Source: Eledone cirrhosa
Lineage: Eukaryota
DNA length: 64,000 nucleotides
Assembly: GCA_964016885.1 (NCBI GenBank)
Contig: OZ024763.1
Coordinates: forward strand, 19,654,001 to 19,718,000
Direction of reading: 5' to 3'
The notes below the pieces were generated by a model that worked only from the letters and a program-made list of their open reading frames with translations, made no database searches and was not told the origin of the DNA. The position numbers and the translations under genes were made by a program. Of this stretch, positions 62,720-64,000 are shown in pieces. Position 1 is the first letter of the stretch, and every line of letters begins with the position of its first letter.

Positions 62720-63780
62720 TAGCTCTGGTGGCCTAGTGGTTAGGGTGTTAGACCCCATGATTATAATGTTGTGGGTTCAATTCCTGGGCAGGTGGTTGTG
62801 TTTTGTTCCTGAGTAATAATCTTCATTTCACATTGCTTTTCATATGACTGAGGGACCCTATCATTAAAGTACCCAAGAAACTTCTCATGAGAAGGCCAGC
62901 TAAACCTAGAGAGGTGTTAGCTGGAACAACAACAAGATAGGTCTGTTGGCCCCTTATCATTAAAACACCCGTGAACCCTCCAATGAGATACAACCTCATA
63001 GGAGGCTAGCTGTAACAACATGATAGGTCTGTCGGCCCCTTATCATTAAAACACCTGTGAACCCTCCAATGAGATACAACCTTATAGCAGGCCAGCTGTA
63101 ACAGCATGATAGGTTTGTAGGCCCCTTAACATTAAAACTCCCATGAACCCTCCAATGAGATACAACCTTATAGCAGGCCAGCTGTAACAACATGATAGGT
63201 TTGTAGGCCCCTTAACATTAAAACTCACGTGAACCCTCCAATGAGATACAACCTCATAGGAGGCCAGCTGTAACAACATGATAGGTTTGTAGGCCCCTTA
63301 ACATTAAAACTCCCGTGAACCCTCCAATGAGATACAACCTCATAGGAGGCCAGCTGTAACAACATGATAGGTTTGTAGGCCCCTTAACATTAAAACTCCC
63401 GTGAACCCTCCAATGAGATACAACCTCATAGGAGGCCGGCTGTAACAACATAAGACTGGGGTCCGCTTATCATTAAAACTCCTGTGAACTTCCAATGAGA
63501 TACAACCTTACATAAAGCCAGCTAAACCTAGAGAGGTGTGAGCTGGAACAACATGATAGGTCTGTGGGGGGGTCTCTATCATCAAAACACCCAAGAAACC
63601 TATCATAAGATACATCATCATCATCGTTTAACGTCCATCTTCCATGCTAGCATCAGAAAGCCAGCTAAACCTACAGAGGTGTTAGCTGGAACAATAACAT
63701 AATAGAACTGGGGTCTCTATCATCAAAACACCAAAGAACCCTCCAATGAGATACAACCTTATAGGAGACCAGCTGTAACA
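62720..63780 (+). repeat. CORE-like SINE head followed by an 86-bp tandem array (~6 similar plus degenerate units)
   Basis: ORFs offset by 86 nt; unit related to the SINE body at 17570-17640 (-). Confidence 0.8.
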
Positions 63781-63934
63781 ATTTTTTTCTTTCATTTTTT
63801 CTTTCATTTCTTTAATTATTTCTTTCATTTTTTCTTTCATTTCTTTCATTTTTTTCTTTTATTTTTTTCTTTCATTTTTTTCCTTGCATTTTTTTTCTTT
63901 CCTTTATTTTCTTTCTTTTTTTTTTCTTTAATAG

Positions 63935-64000
63935 GACATTGCTGAAATAATGAGCAACGACAAGAAAAACTTGATGGAGAAGATAGAAATCTTGACAGCT
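63935..64000 (+). CDS. CCDC30-like exon 9, partial (DIAEIMSNDKKNLMEKIEILTA...)
   Basis: Long polypyrimidine tract plus taatag|, phase 0, open to the window end. Confidence 0.85.

Overview
AT-rich eukaryotic genomic DNA. The repeat landscape (RTE LINEs with (GAT)n tails, tRNA/CORE SINEs, long (TA)n and (CA)n tracts) suggests an octopus or other coleoid cephalopod; this is inference. The backbone is the 5' part of a plus-strand, multi-exon coiled-coil gene resembling CCDC30. Its phase-consistent exons are at 9058-9102 (tentative), 26288-26407, 52615-52789, ~53958-55211, 57312-57399, 58117-58250, 61447-61566, 62497-62610 and 63935 to beyond the window. A candidate X-box/CTCF promoter sits near 5.4 kb. 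The introns are packed with transposons: Tc1/mariner remnants, a TTAA-flanked piggyBac-like MITE family, RTE and CR1 fragments, a near-full-length Tx1/L1-clade LINE, a Penelope-like element and SINEs. Several large minisatellites derive from these elements. Most notable: (1) about six complete or degenerate type I hammerhead ribozyme motifs plus half-motifs in Penelope-type fragments, several tied to fold-back inversions and some in the host sense strand, one ~130 nt before a splice acceptor; (2) a candidate nested antisense 4-exon micro-gene (63 aa) in intron 2; (3) inverted complementary blocks bracketing exons 4-6, a circRNA/dsRNA-like layout; (4) the MITE occupying the same TTAA site in two RTE copies in opposite orientations. 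The long repetitive ORFs in the track are tandem-repeat artefacts. All structures were read by eye and element boundaries are approximate.
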